Shown here piece by piece: positions 24,165 to 51,512 of a DNA stretch of 64,000 nt. Below the pieces are notes generated by a model. It worked only from the letters and a program-made list of their open reading frames with translations, made no database searches and was not told the DNA's origin. The DNA comes from the human T2T-CHM13v2.0 reference genome, Homo sapiens, in assembly GCF_009914755.1 (NCBI RefSeq), contig NC_060941.1. One strand, written 5' to 3'. Position 1 is the first letter of the stretch. Each line of letters opens with the position of its first letter. The position numbers were made by a program, and so were the translations under genes.

Positions 24165-24545
24165 TCATTCAGGGAAAACATAGGAAATGGTTTCTCTTAC
24201 ATAACTTAAGTTTCAAGGAAACTGACCTCATGGCCCTACCTCAGAATTAAAAGAAAACATTTTCATTAGTAATGTTATTAATAAAATATTTTGTCTAAAT
24301 TGTTAATATAATTAAAAATGAATTGTTTTATTTTCCCTTTTATACACAATCATCAAAAACCAGCCAAATGTCCCTAAACTTGATTTTTTGCTGCTACAAA
24401 CATAATCATTTATTCCAGTAGTGAAAACTTCATTATTTGGGGCTTAACTTTCCATTTTAAAAGATATTCCCTCTGCCTTTTGCTTCTCTGGCTCTCTCAT
24501 CATTCACTTGTCCTTGTTACTTGTTAATACCACTGCCAGGAAGCA

Positions 24546-24780
24546 CAGCGCAGCACAGCACAGCACAGCACAGGACAGGACAGGACAGGACAGCACAGGA
24601 CAGGACAGCACAGCACAGGACAGGACAGGACAGGACAGGACAGGACAGGACAGGACAGGACAGCACAGCACAGCACAGCACAGGACAGGACAGCACAGCA
24701 CAGCACAGCACAGCACAGCACAGGACAGGACAGGACAGCATAGGATAGGACAGGACAGGACAGCACAGGACGGCACAGCA
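24546..24780. repeat. Compound pentanucleotide repeat (CAGCA/CAGGA) x47
   Basis: 235 bp of phased 5-mers with only four variant units (CAGCG, 2x TAGGA, CGGCA). Confidence 0.97.
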
Positions 24781-25592
24781 GGCTATTCTGGTCAATGTTC
24801 AGTAAGCAAGGCTGAAACTAATGGTTGTAACACCCCATTAGGTGATCTACCAGTGAGTTCAGACAGAAACTACCAGTAATGACCTTAAACGATAAGGAAG
24901 ACAATCTAGTCCTTCCTTCAGATAATGATTACGGAGTGGCTCAACAACTGAATTTCTTTGGACAAGTAAGGACAAGCTCAGCTAGAGAACCCAGGAGGTT
25001 GAGTAACAAGACGTTGTTTTCTTCTGTGAGACCAATGCACGGATTTTAGAAAGAGAGTAAAGGTCATTTTGTACCAAAAACTAAATAAATAAATAAATAA
25101 AATTTAAAAATCTACAATATCTGCCTTAAGAGATCAGAAATGTTAATTTTTTTAAAAAAGGATGACAATTTCTTTCTTTTTTTTTAACCAAGAGACAAAA
25201 GCAAGAAAAAGATGGCAATTTCTATTGCTGTTCTCAGGCTTCAAAACTGGCAGATACGGGAAAAAAACGTTAATACAGAGAGTTAGACCTACCATACCCT
25301 TGACTGAAATGAACATCATATAGCAGGACTTACATACAGACACAAGTAAGGAAATACTGATGGCCAACACCATAGAAGTAATCTTTGCATACTCTTTTAA
25401 TGAATAGTCTTACAATTCAAAAGAATGGAAACTCAATTACTATTACAGGGTTTTATCATTAGATATTCATGGTAGCCTCTAATCTTGTTTTCTTTCATCC
25501 CTGAGATTCCCAACTATTACATTAAACAAAGCTCAATTACCTTTCTGATAATCATTTTTTAAAAAGAAAAGAAAAAAGCAAATAGGAAAAAA

Positions 25593-25926
<334 letters not shown>

Positions 25927-26871
25927 GGAAAATATTTGAAGAGGAAAAACAGCTATAGAAACTCAGGTCTCCACACAGAAGGATTCTACTCTGCACTTGT
26001 TCACTGTCTCTGAATGACTGTTACCTACATGAAAGTTCCTGATTTTTCCCCCTTGGGGGAGTTACTTTGAATTGCTGGCAAAGACAGACTGGATATAGGT
26101 CAAATCCTATTATCAGGAACTAATTAAAGTACAAATTATTTGGGTGTGGGAGAATTCTACTGTGAGTTATGAGGCTAGGGCTCTTTGTTGTTGAGGCTTT
26201 TCTCTTAGTGTGACAACTGTTAAGGGTCAAAATCTCTAGGTGCATAACTTAATAGCAGCATTACTTTATATTGGTTTCCTTTCCCCAGCACAGAGCAGCC
26301 TTCCAATTGCACAGAAAATGTATCCTCAGTCTGCGTACTGAAGCACTCTTTCATGAAATCAAAAATTGTAAAAAAGTTCCAGAATACCCAACTCCCCTTC
26401 CCTCTCACCACAGGAGCTCTTTTCACAACAAGATAATGAAAAGTAAAAACACTGAGAAATGGGATTCTGCATACACATACCTTACATATTTTACATGCTT
26501 AAAGTTTCTCTTAAAAGGCATTTGAATTGAAGCAACAAAATATGTTTATCTTAAGGACAATTCATGGTTTATAAACTACCAGAAAAGAAGTTCGCTGCTG
26601 AAATACAAAACAGTGAGTTCAAACATAGGCTTTCAAAAAGCCACGAAATTTCTAACAAATACAAATGAGTGTGTACATATATGACTATGTGCAGATATGT
26701 ACTGTTTTGCTGGGGACAGGGTACACAGCTTCCTCAAAGGGACCCTGATTTGGAAACAGAAAGGTTAAACCAGTATAATCAACTAAGGTCATTTTAAATT
26801 ACTGTTTAAGTAAATTTAATTACACAGCAGATACTAGGTTATTTAACTCAAGCAGTGAAAACAACAGACTA

Positions 26872-27000
<129 letters not shown>

Positions 27001-27733
27001 TCACAAGGAGAAAAAAAAAAAAACCCAAACAACCGATGTTTTGGACACTTGAATTGCAAACCATAACAACATATAAATTTGCCCTCTGGCCTGAGAAAAC
27101 ATAATTCAGCATATGATATCCCAATAGGTTATCAGTTGGAAGTACAGCATCACTGGACACTAAGAGCAAAAATACAAGACAGCAGCAGCGAGGTCAAGCT
27201 TAAGTTAGTAAAACTCATTTCTAAAAAGAAGCTTAACAATTTTAAATGTCTGTTGGGACTGAAACAAGAACAGGAAGAGGTTAATGACTAAGCTTTCAAC
27301 CTCTAACCTAATTAAGGTTTTCTTCTTTTTACACTCCCTGAAATTAGGATTCCGAGTTACCTAATTGTACTCCCTTCCATATGACAACATTTGATATAAG
27401 AGTGGCTGCCTTTGCCTATTTGCCCTGAAAACCCTTATAAAAGTACCTCTTGGTCACATTCACCTGCTTATTCTGGCAACACTAGCCGGTATTATGATAT
27501 AACAATTACTTCACTAGATTGTTACTATGAGATGATAGCATAAGCTGCTTAAAATTTCCAGGTTTAAAGAAAAATCACACATCTTTCTTAGGCAAGTGTT
27601 CTCGGACATGCAAGAAAGACCAAATTTGTATGTACTCTATTTAAGAATTATGTGCTGTCAAAACGATTTCTGAACCTGTTAGAAAACAGAAATAAATTAA
27701 AGGAGGTATAATTTTCAGTCAAATTGCCCGGAA

Positions 27734-27932
27734 CTGTACTGTCCAATACGGTAGCCACTAGCCACATATGGTTATTTACATTTAAATTAACTAAAATTAA
27801 CCATCCAGTTCCTAGGTCACAGCTGCCCTGTTTCTAGTGCTCAGTGGCCACGTGTAGCTAGTGGCTACTGCACTGACCAGCACAGATAAAGGACATTTCC
27901 GTCACTGCAGAACGTTCTCCGGAGCAGCACAG
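27734..27932 (-). mobile_element. MER3-like hAT-Charlie MITE
   Basis: ctgtccaatacggtagccactagccacat...gtagctagtggctac internal inverted repeat characteristic of MER3/MER33. Confidence 0.8.
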
Positions 27933-29268
27933 GCTAGAGGTCTGTATGTACATGGCAGCAGCACCTATTACAAAACCCTTGAAGTTTCAGCTTTCTATAG
28001 TTAAGAGACAAAAGGCTAGTGTGGACACACAGCTCTTGGAAAGCATGTACATTTGGAGGATATAGTGTCTTCTAAATAATTATACACTTTCTATGAGAGT
28101 AGGGTGGCTTACAGTGGCAGGCCTTTAATCCTAAAGGTTTTGAGTTGAGGTTTGAATATTAGAGAAAATAAATGATCACCCTAAGCTCACTTCTCTGTAC
28201 TCTGCAACATTCTGAATAGGTCTAACTTTAATAATGAGTATGGATCCCAGCTTAAGTTTGGAATAATAAAGAGTGTGTGGTTCTGATAAAGCTTCAACCA
28301 TCCTGCACTGGGCTATGTAATTTACTTCATTCTAAGACATTTCTGCTCCCCACCTTTCTCTTAGGAGATCAGATCTTAGCTGCACATTACTTTGAAGTAG
28401 TTGGAGGTTAAAAAAAAATAGATGAATATCAGGTTTTAATAATCATTAAATGGGTGTGCTTTTATCATAAATTTGAACCAAGAAACTGCTAATTTCATCC
28501 TAATATGATCAGGGAATTTGAGTGGGAGTGTTCTGCAGAGGCAAAGCAATGTCTGCTGGGAGGCCAGTCGACACCCAAAGAGAAAGTCATTGAGTAAGTA
28601 GCAGCTGCTGGTCCTCACACACCCATTTTATCAGCGTGCCAACAGCTGACTGGGCTTTGGGCTGCTGAGTCACTCTAACCAAACTTAGGAGCCTGATCAA
28701 AATTTGCTATCTCCTCATTTATAATGGGGGATAGATCTTTCCAGGGACAAGACTATGAATGTCAAGGAGGTTGCATGGCAGAGGGACTGTAAGAACAAAA
28801 AAAGATGAGATGATTTTGTGGATTTCAACTAATCTCTGGGAGAGTCACATGAAATATCCCTGCCTCATAAATTACTTGATCTCTCAAGGCACCAGAATAA
28901 TCTCTTTGGCCTGTTGGTAGCCTTCTCCTCTGGATGGTACCAGATTAAGAAAGAGTCCTACCTGCTCTTCATTTGCCTTTTTCTAGGCTCTTAGCAGATC
29001 TCATCCTTGAAACATTCTTCTTTCAACAATGGTGTTAACAACTGGCAAGATTACAGCTTCATGCTCATCCCTATCAGTTCAATCAATCAGATTACAATTT
29101 TTGGCATTAATGCCACAGACCAGGTTATGATTTTAGCAGGCACCCCTATAACTGATTATATTCTTCCCTAACCATCTAGGTGCAGATTACCAGTTAGCAT
29201 CTGTTACTTCTACAGATGGTTGATTCCATCACGTTGCATTATTTCATTTCTCTCCAACCTTCCTGTCA

Positions 29269-30423
<1,155 letters not shown>

Positions 30424-31810
30424 AAAAACCACCGTCTTAGACCATCCTAGAGCTGGCAGAGCTGGCCCATCATACTCCATTAAACACTGGCAGGAAAAGC
30501 CTGTCCAAATCAAATAACTTCTTTAAAACATGTTGAGATTATTTGTGTACAAGATAAAAGGAATCTACTGCCAGTATAAATGCATTCAGATTAGTTATGT
30601 ACAGTAGAATTTTTATTTGTAGGAAATATTTAGATTTTTTTTCAGATATGTGAGACACCCCAAGAGAATATCGTAAGTATAAACTGGGTTTGGGAAAGAA
30701 TAATATGGCAGTCGGGTCAGATTCACTGTATCTAAAGATCTTGCTCCTAATTCCGATGGCATGTCTGTAATTGGGCCCCCAATTTCAAATTTAGTCCACT
30801 CTTCTTTTCTATACAAGGAGAGGCTTTATGCTCCACCTGCTACATGACCCAAATCAATAATCCAATGCAGCAGCTTGGGGAACCCTAGGTTTTCACTATG
30901 GGACCAAATAAACTCAGAATACTTTTGAGAACTTCAATCACATGAAATAATTATTTCAGAGAAGGATCCTTGTGGAAAGACCGTAACAGGAAGAGCATTC
31001 TGAGGTAACCTTTCCCAACTTTCTCCTCCACACATTCTTGCAGAGGAAATTAAGAGAGAGAAAAAAATTAAGAAATCCCAACTTAGTCCGGACTCTAGTA
31101 GTACATGTCAAGCACAGAACCCCTAATTTAAGACCCGCGTCCCGAGGCCAGGCTCCCTCGGGAAGGTAGCGAGTGCATCGCGATAAAATCTTTCCTCCCG
31201 CCTTCGGAGTCAAACGGCCCCGCAATCCAAACAGTTTAGAATCCAGCTTGTTCTTAATGCCACAGTCAAGAGAAGATCCATAACCCGCCTTGGTCATCTG
31301 CCCTTCTGTGTTCACAACCGTTCAGGGCACAAGTTCTTCGGTCTAACCGAATCTTTCCCTGCTGCGGGGTTAAGCCCAACCTTTCTTTCTGACCTTGGGG
31401 AGCCGGCAGCTCCCCGCCCGGTGCCCTCACAAAAGCCTTTGGGGGCTCCCTCTCCAAGATGAGACGTTTATCCCATCCCCCCACCCTCCTAAATTTAGGA
31501 CAGGAAAGCTTTAGGGCCACCGTCTCTCTTCCGGGACCGATCACACTTCGTTCCAAATAGGAAAAGACAGGGGGGAAAAAAGATGGAGGGGCGGGAGACC
31601 TGGACCCCGGAGAGTCACCTTCCAGCTACCCACAGGAACCAAGCATCCGATCACTCGCGCATCCCTCTCCCCTCCTCCCCCGGCCCGCAGTGCACCCCAC
31701 AGGGAGCCCCGCCGGGTCCACTCTTGCTCCGACCCCCATTTCGCGCGCCCCCTCGGCTCTATCTCCCAGATCCTCAGGCGACGAATGGAAAGGGGGTCCC
31801 TTCCCTCTCA

Positions 31811-32251
<441 letters not shown>

Positions 32252-32319
32252 TCAATTATGTCATAATAATATCATACAAGTATTTGAGTTGAATCCGTGT
32301 AACATATTTTAAAACAGGC

Positions 32320-32443
32320 GGACCTATCCGGCAGTGGTGCAGACGGCCTGACGAGGTTCCTTGGCCGGGGGTTGGGCAGGGGCCTGGGGGGCTTCCCTGG
32401 GGGGCTTGTCGCCGGGGCCGCCTGGGCTTTCAGGTCTTCCGAG
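32320..32443 (+). other. C17orf80: Probable C17orf80 non-coding first exon (5' end approximate)
   Basis: GAG|GTGAGG donor at 32444 inside the CpG island; the start position is a guess. Confidence 0.5.
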
Positions 32444-32945
32444 GTGAGGACGGTGCTCTGTGGGGAGCTTGCAAGGGCGGGTTTGTTTTCCGCGGCCCAC
32501 GTTCTAAGTCTGGGGGAGACTCTCCTGAGCGGAGAGGGTAGGGAATCGGGTGCCGGGGCCGGCGGAGGGTCTTCCTGGAACCGCAGGAGGAAATCCTCGG
32601 TGGGGCTGCGGGAACGGCTGTCCCTGACCCAGGAGCTGCCGGGCCGACCCCATCCACTCCGCAGAATCAGAACAGCTGGCAGAATCAGAACAGCTTTCAG
32701 GGAAAGGAAGGGTGCGGGGAGGTGGGCAGGCTGGTAACGCAGCGGGAGGAGGGAAAGGCGGCTGGAGAGCGCCGGAGGTGAGGGTGAGGATTAGTGGAAC
32801 TATTGAGGTCCTCCTTGAGCCCGGAGGCTGGGGAGGTCTTAACTCTCTGCTTTCCGGAACCTGTGTTTCTATTTGGTTCAGTATCGTGCCGCGTTTACTC
32901 ACTGTGCATGCTGCCAAGTCACCTGTCTGATCGTGTCCTACACAG

Positions 32946-33051
32946 GCTGACATTCACGTTTCATTCTGCCACACTCGGGAACGGTGATCGGGGAAGCATG
33001 GGGATCCGGGAGAAGCACCCACAAAACTAGCATCCTCCTGGAGGAGCTCGG
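32946..33051 (+). other. C17orf80: C17orf80 5'UTR exon carrying a 10-aa uORF
   Basis: cctacacAG acceptor at 32944-32945 and CGG|GTAAGA donor at 33052. The exon may extend further 5' in some isoforms. Confidence 0.65.
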
Positions 33052-33246
33052 GTAAGAAAACAGACACCCACGTATAGACGTTATCGTGGGAATGTACCGG
33101 GATCTTTCAAGTAGGGTTGAGTGTGAGGTGGAGTGGAGGCAGAAACGTCTAGCAGGTGTCAAGCCCTTCCTAACGTTGTTAGCCGAAGGTCCATGGACTG
33201 GCTTCATTTGTGTGTATTATTGTAAACAAACAGTCTGTGGCTTTCA

Positions 33247-34968
<1,722 letters not shown>

Positions 34969-35145
34969 ACCTTTGGTTCCTGGCCTAAGTTTTTTATTCT
35001 TTACCATTCTGTCCTTGAATAACGTGTTTAAGGGTTTTTAAACAATTTTTTATACTCATATAATGACTAGTTGACTTGCTGTAACCGTAAGTAGCAAACA
35101 TCTAGCTTGTTCCAAATGAATTTAAAAGATACAACACATAAGTAA

Positions 35146-36819
<1,674 letters not shown>

Positions 36820-36875
36820 TAGTTTATTTTCACCTAGGCATGCCAGTAGACTGCATATAAAGTTGTCCTGAAAGA

Positions 36876-41663
<4,788 letters not shown>

Positions 41664-41950
41664 GATGATGTAAGAGACTCACTTCATGAAGCACATGCGC
41701 ATCAATCACCTGGCCAGGGTACTCAGCAGACCAAAAAACAAGTAGACGCCCTGATTTTCAGGGGTCCCTTGGCCTTTTGAAAAACATTTTTTCAACCTGT
41801 AATTGATTTGACTTTCAACACTTAGCTGCAGTCCAATGCAGAAATCTTTAATGCACCTGTTTAGAATATGCTCTTCCTGAGGCTTAGCCGTGGATCCTTC
41901 GGCACTGGATGTTAGGGAAGGGGGTACGTTTCGGTAAACAATGACAGTGA

Positions 41951-42091
<141 letters not shown>

Positions 42092-42617
42092 TGACTGTTG
42101 TCTTCTGTTGCAGGTTCTGGGCATTTGGAAAAGTTTCTCTTCGGGCTGTTAAGCAAGGCTAAAGAGGAGAGGAAAAAAATGTTAAAATGTGTGTTGTCTT
42201 CCTAGTTTTCCATTTGTCTGTGTTCATTTTGGAGTTGGACATAATTGAAAGCACCAAAGCTAATAACAGCTACCATTTATTCAACAGCTTGTATTTTTTA
42301 ATACCTACCCCCAACTTTCCCTTGCCCACATTGATTGTGCCTCCTCCCAAAGCCAGAAAAACTCTAAACCTCAAGTTAACCAGTTGTATTAGCCTCCTCC
42401 CACTAAAGATTTTAACCAAGCACCCAAAACAAGAGTAACTAATTTGAATCTAGTCAAGTTAAGGTTCTTTGATGTTAGCCTTTATGTGTTTAAAATATGT
42501 GCGTGTAAATCTCTGAATTACAGTTCCATCACTCAGGCTAACTGGGAAAACTTGAATGACTCGCGGATACTGGCCCTAGTTTCAGTTGCTGTAACAACAA
42601 GCCGTGTTTCCTTTTGA

Positions 42618-46270
<3,653 letters not shown>

Positions 46271-46759
46271 CCCAAAAAACCTACAGGAAAGCCACAGCCA
46301 GCATGTGTTGACTTGTATGTCGTTTCTCTCTCTTCTCAAAGCTGGAATGCTGGGGCTACTTTTTACCTACCTTTTCTATTCCCAATCCCCTGCTCCTTTC
46401 CATCCCTAGTGGGAGTAATTTAATTCTGCAACAAATTCTCATAGTTAAGGTATTCAGCAATATATCCCTGTATCCTAGAATTCTCTGTAAGGAAAAAAGT
46501 TGTGGTTGAGGGGAAGAGTTCTACATTCAGTTATTTTAGTTTAATATTACTAAGAACTTCATTGGAACCCAGAACAATCTTCCCTGCCGAAAGAGCTTTG
46601 TGCCCATTCTCTGTGAATGCTCTTTAGGAGAGATGCTTAAGGATTCTCTCCACACCTCCCCATGTGTCCTTACTCAAGACCAGAAACTCTCAAGGTGAGA
46701 AGGTAGATGAGAATGACCTTCAGTAATACCCTCTTTCCCGGTCCCCCAGTTCCCTCGAG

Positions 46760-47069
<310 letters not shown>

Positions 47070-48221
47070 GAAGCACGTTTAAGTAGGAGAAGCCTTCGTG
47101 ACTTCTCTCTAGTGCCTTCGTGCCCTGTGTTGCCCACTGAATTGCCCTGTAACACCTAAGTGTAGTGGTAGCATTAAGGGATAGCTTTTCAGCCCTCAAG
47201 GTTATCAGGAGCATTTGTATCACTGCTATAAATAAAGTAGTATCACTTGTCATAATCAGGGTGCTGAAACATAATGAAAAGGTTTAACTTAGTCACAGTA
47301 AATATTTTATATCCCTGAAAATAAGTTATTTAATGAGAATAGAACTATTTAATGATCCATGAGTCCTAAAAGGATATCTGCCTTGTATTGCCAAGTTTAA
47401 GGCAAAGGTGAGATCCTGTATTAATAAGAAGACAGCTTTTTTGTTTGACATTGGTAAGTACCAAGAATTCTAACTCACATATAGTAGGAAACAACAAAAA
47501 GTCTCCACTGACTTCTTTGAATTAGATACTGAGAATCCACAATACAGTAGTGTGGATAACTTTCAAGAAGCCATTGGAAACATCTCCACATTCTGGGATG
47601 ACTTGTAAATGTCTACAGAGTAATGGAAGGAAAGGCTTCCTTGTCTGCTCATTGCTGCCACCTGGGTTGGGAAAATAATTGAAGATGTTTTCTCAAGTCC
47701 TTCAAGAATCTCTTCTTAATGTTCAGAATAGTTTAAGAGCGTTGTTGAGGTAAACTGATAGCTGATTATTTTCTGAGATTTAGATCTAAACAAACTCAGC
47801 ATGACGAGGAAGCACACTTCACAGCTCCAGGGTGCAATACTGATGTAAAGTTGCCTCGTGAGGATACATTTTTCGCTCATGTATGCAAAATTCCTATCAG
47901 TTCATTTGCACAGCCAGTTCCAATCATGTATGTGATCACCAGATTAAAAGCTTCATCCAGAAAGACAAGACTCCTCAGAACGAATAGTAGACAAGTAAGA
48001 CTGCTACCCACAGAAGCCAGTACGCTTCAGGTGTGAGGCGGGGTAACTACTCATCTCTTCACAGAGCCAAGGAAAGAAAAAGAACGTCTCTAACATGATT
48101 TACCATTTTAAACAGCCTTATAAGTTTTGTCTCTTAAAATCATGCTGCAGAAGGAGGGGGTAAAAGTCGTGTTCTGCCCTGTCTGTGGCATTGGAGTGCC
48201 CCGCTAGGTAAGAAGCAACGC

Positions 48222-48264
48222 TTAGATCTTGCTTCCAGGCAGCAGCTTGAATTCCCGAATCTTC
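48222..48264 (-). CDS. CPSF4L: CPSF4L last coding exon (QKIREFKLLPGSKI*)
   Basis: ccttgcAG acceptor and TAA at 48224-48222. The six exons sum to 540 nt = 179 aa, matching the length I recall. Confidence 0.75.
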
Positions 48265-51228
48265 CTGCAAGGTGCATACAAATGCAGCGTGAGAATCCAT
48301 ACACGTAATCCATATTCACCTTCCCATCCATCCCGCAGAAGAGGCATGGTGACACCCAGGCTACTGTCCATGCTTGAGAGGACGTATTTGAAGGTTCTGT
48401 TACTACAAGTTGGGAATATTCACGGACATGCCTGAATACCCCGGCTGTAACTCACACGTGGTCTGTGTAAGTGGATTAACCTCGGGGCGGCCTTGTTTAA
48501 TCCTGAATAATATCTGAAAGACTGAGTTTACTTGGGAATGTGTAGTTTTTCTAATGCACATTAAAATTTATTTTAGCTGTTAAAAATAAAATCATTTTAT
48601 TATCAGCAGACTCTTTTATACTTTATGGGGCATCTACATACTACTTCCGCCACTCTTCATAATAAAATTATTTGTAAAATATAAAAAGTACTCCCCTGAG
48701 CTGATTATATGCCTCTTCTAGAGCCTCACCTGTGAAATGGGTGGGTGTGTCCCTGGGTAAGTTACCCAGTTTACTGGAGCCTCCTTTGTACTGTAATTTA
48801 GGGATAATTATTCCTACTTTGCAGACATTTGGTGAGATTAGAAGTCTTACATGTGTTAATTCCAGCAACGTCTGTGATGGTAGGAACTCATTGACAGCAG
48901 CTGTTCTAAAGCCTGTAGTATGTGCCATCATACTATATATAAATTCCAACCTTGAACGGAGGAAGAGAGGCCCTACTGCAATCCACAGGCAGATCCAGCC
49001 AACATCTGGGGCTTGCTTTGTGCCGAGTGCCATGCAAGGTTTTTTACATGTGTTTTCTCCTTTTAGTTTCAAACAGTCCTGTGGCGTAGGTGCTATCCTG
49101 CTCATTTTCCAAAAAGAAAACGGGCTTGAGGTAGAGTGATTTGCCTACGTAGCTCTGTGCTGTTCATCACATAGCAGCCCCCATTGGTTTGAACTGGCAT
49201 TCAACCCCCCAAAACCCGACTCCTGGGCTCCATTCTTTTAGACTGCCCTGACTGGGGACTCCAGCTCCAGGCAGGCCAGGCACCTGTCTTTTTACCAAGG
49301 TGGGGGGCCAGTTCTTCCTCACACATCCCATTGCTCTTCTCCATTATTCCAAAAGGCTCAGCACAGCCACTACCCCCCCTTTCCCAGTGGATTAAGTTGC
49401 TTGGTATTGGCCTTTCATGATGGCATTAAAAGATGGTAATACCGTTAAATTTTTGTGTTACTACCTTACCTCCCCAGGATAAGCCTATTTTATTCCATCT
49501 ACTGCCCCATAATACTCCACACATAAGGTACAGAGTATATTCTTAGATTTAAATAAGCCATACAGGGAAGCAGCTGTCATGCTAAAGAAAGCCATTTGAG
49601 TTAATTGCCAGTTGATAGCGGCAGCTGAAGCCATATACAGAGGAGCTGCCACGTGCAACCCAGACCTGTTGGTAGGAGCTGAGCAAAGTATAATGATCGT
49701 GGATTTCCCATAGACTCGAGCTTTTGGTTTTATGTACATTTTGCTCCCGTTTTATGGATAACTCGTTCCTGCCAATCTGCCTCCAAACCTGTTGTATTTT
49801 TAGTAGCTCGTTCACTTAGAGGATCAAAAGAAATAAACCTGCCTGCCACAGGCTACTTCTGCACCTCACTCATACCCTGCTTAGGATGACAGCAGGCTTA
49901 CTGTGGAACTTGGGAAACAGAATCCCATAGTAAGACCATTGAGCATCTTCTCCTGACCATAGGTTAGTTTTTAATAACTCCTATCAGTTGAGTCTTACTG
50001 TACTTACTGGCATAATGGCCTGGTCTTTGACACAAAAACAGAAAAAGTGAATGGCATGACTTTTTGTAAATTCAGATTTCTAAAGATGTCTAGGGAACCA
50101 TAGGAGATGGTTAGCTACCTTTGTGAGGAATTGGATGGATTCTGCTTGTTGGTGAAGCTTATTTCAGGCATTCAAGCCCAGCATCACAATCCCAGAGAAC
50201 GAGGCTGGCACATAAAAGCAACTGTACAAGAAAAGTCAAGGGTTCTGCCACTCTTACCTGTCATCCCAATAAAACTATTCTCTTGCAGAATGGAGACTGC
50301 AAAGCTCAGGACAGTTTAGAAGCTATGAGAATGAAGATATGATCAAACATGATTTTTTTTCTTTCTGATAAACCAGAAGATACCAGAAAAAGGAACCAGG
50401 TGATACGTTCCCTCCCTTAACCATACTCTGCCCTCCTGCCAAAGAAGAATTTTAAGGACGTTATGTACAAGTAACTGAAGAGTAGTAGGCAACAAAGTGG
50501 GAAATGACTGTTCCTTTTGCAGGAACAGTCTTGTCTAGCAGGAGATGCCAACAGGATGGTTTACAGTATCCTCTCATTCTCCCCTAATTCACACTCCTAT
50601 CTGCTGCAGAAAAGGAGTCATTCTCCAGCTCCCTGATCATTCCTTGCCCTCCCAGCTCTCAGCCAAGCACTAGCCCAGCCCTGTGGGTTCCTTTGTCCAC
50701 CCTGTGGCACAGGCCCTGCCCTTGACCCCTGATCCCCAGGCAGGAGAGCAGGCACTCTGTTGGGGATGGGGGTTTCCAAGCTTCCACAGCAGAAATAGGA
50801 GGTGCTGAATCCCGGGGCCGGCTGGCAAGCTACAGCTGAAGTGCAGTCGTGAGAAAACACCTACTGCAGATAGTCCCTGTGTGCAGACACCAACTTCACA
50901 GAGGGCCGGGACGCTGGCCATGCATTTAGGGTGAAACCAGGGTTCAAGATGCCTTTAGTTACAGTTTTAAGTGCCAAAAGCATACCTTTCCATCAAAGTT
51001 AGGCTTTCATTGTAAATGGGCTTGTAAATTCCCCGCAGTCCCACAGATCGCCTCCCACCTTCTTTCAAAGCCTGCTCAGAACCAGCAGGGACTGTCTTCC
51101 TCCCAGGCCATCACCCTCCCAGCATCCAGTGCTCGGAGGCCCCAGTAGCCGTCAGTAGCTGCCCCAGTGTTGGCGCTGTCTGGCCTCTGTGATACTTAAA
51201 CAGGTGTCCAACATTCAGTCATCTAGAC

Positions 51229-51512
51229 CAGGGGTCAGCAAGCTTTTTCTATAGAACACCAAACAGTGCATATTTTATACTCTGCAGGCTACTGGGTCTC
51301 TGTTGCAGCCACTGGACTCTGCCATTGTAAGCACCAGAACAGCCATGGCCATGTCCCAACAAAACCCTTTATGAGCACTGGAATTAATTTCACATGTCAC
51401 AAAATATTTTGATTTTCCTCCCACTTTTTACAAACCATTCTTAGCCCCTCGCCTGTACAAAGACAGGCAGCAGGCTGGACTTGGCCCACAGGCTGTAGTT
51501 TACCAACCCCTG
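51229..51512. mobile_element. MER58B-like hAT-Charlie element
   Basis: CAGGGGTCAGCAA...TTACCAACCCCTG terminal inverted repeats, preceded by an atctagac target-like site. Confidence 0.75.

Noticed and set aside
24546-24780. CRISPR-like or coded array interpretation of the binary repeat
   Set aside because: There are no unique spacers and the context is eukaryotic; the block pattern fits slippage of two motif variants.
24504-24879. Cys-rich, keratin-associated- or metallothionein-looking ORFs on both strands
   Set aside because: These are simple translations of the pentamer repeat, with no splice or promoter support.
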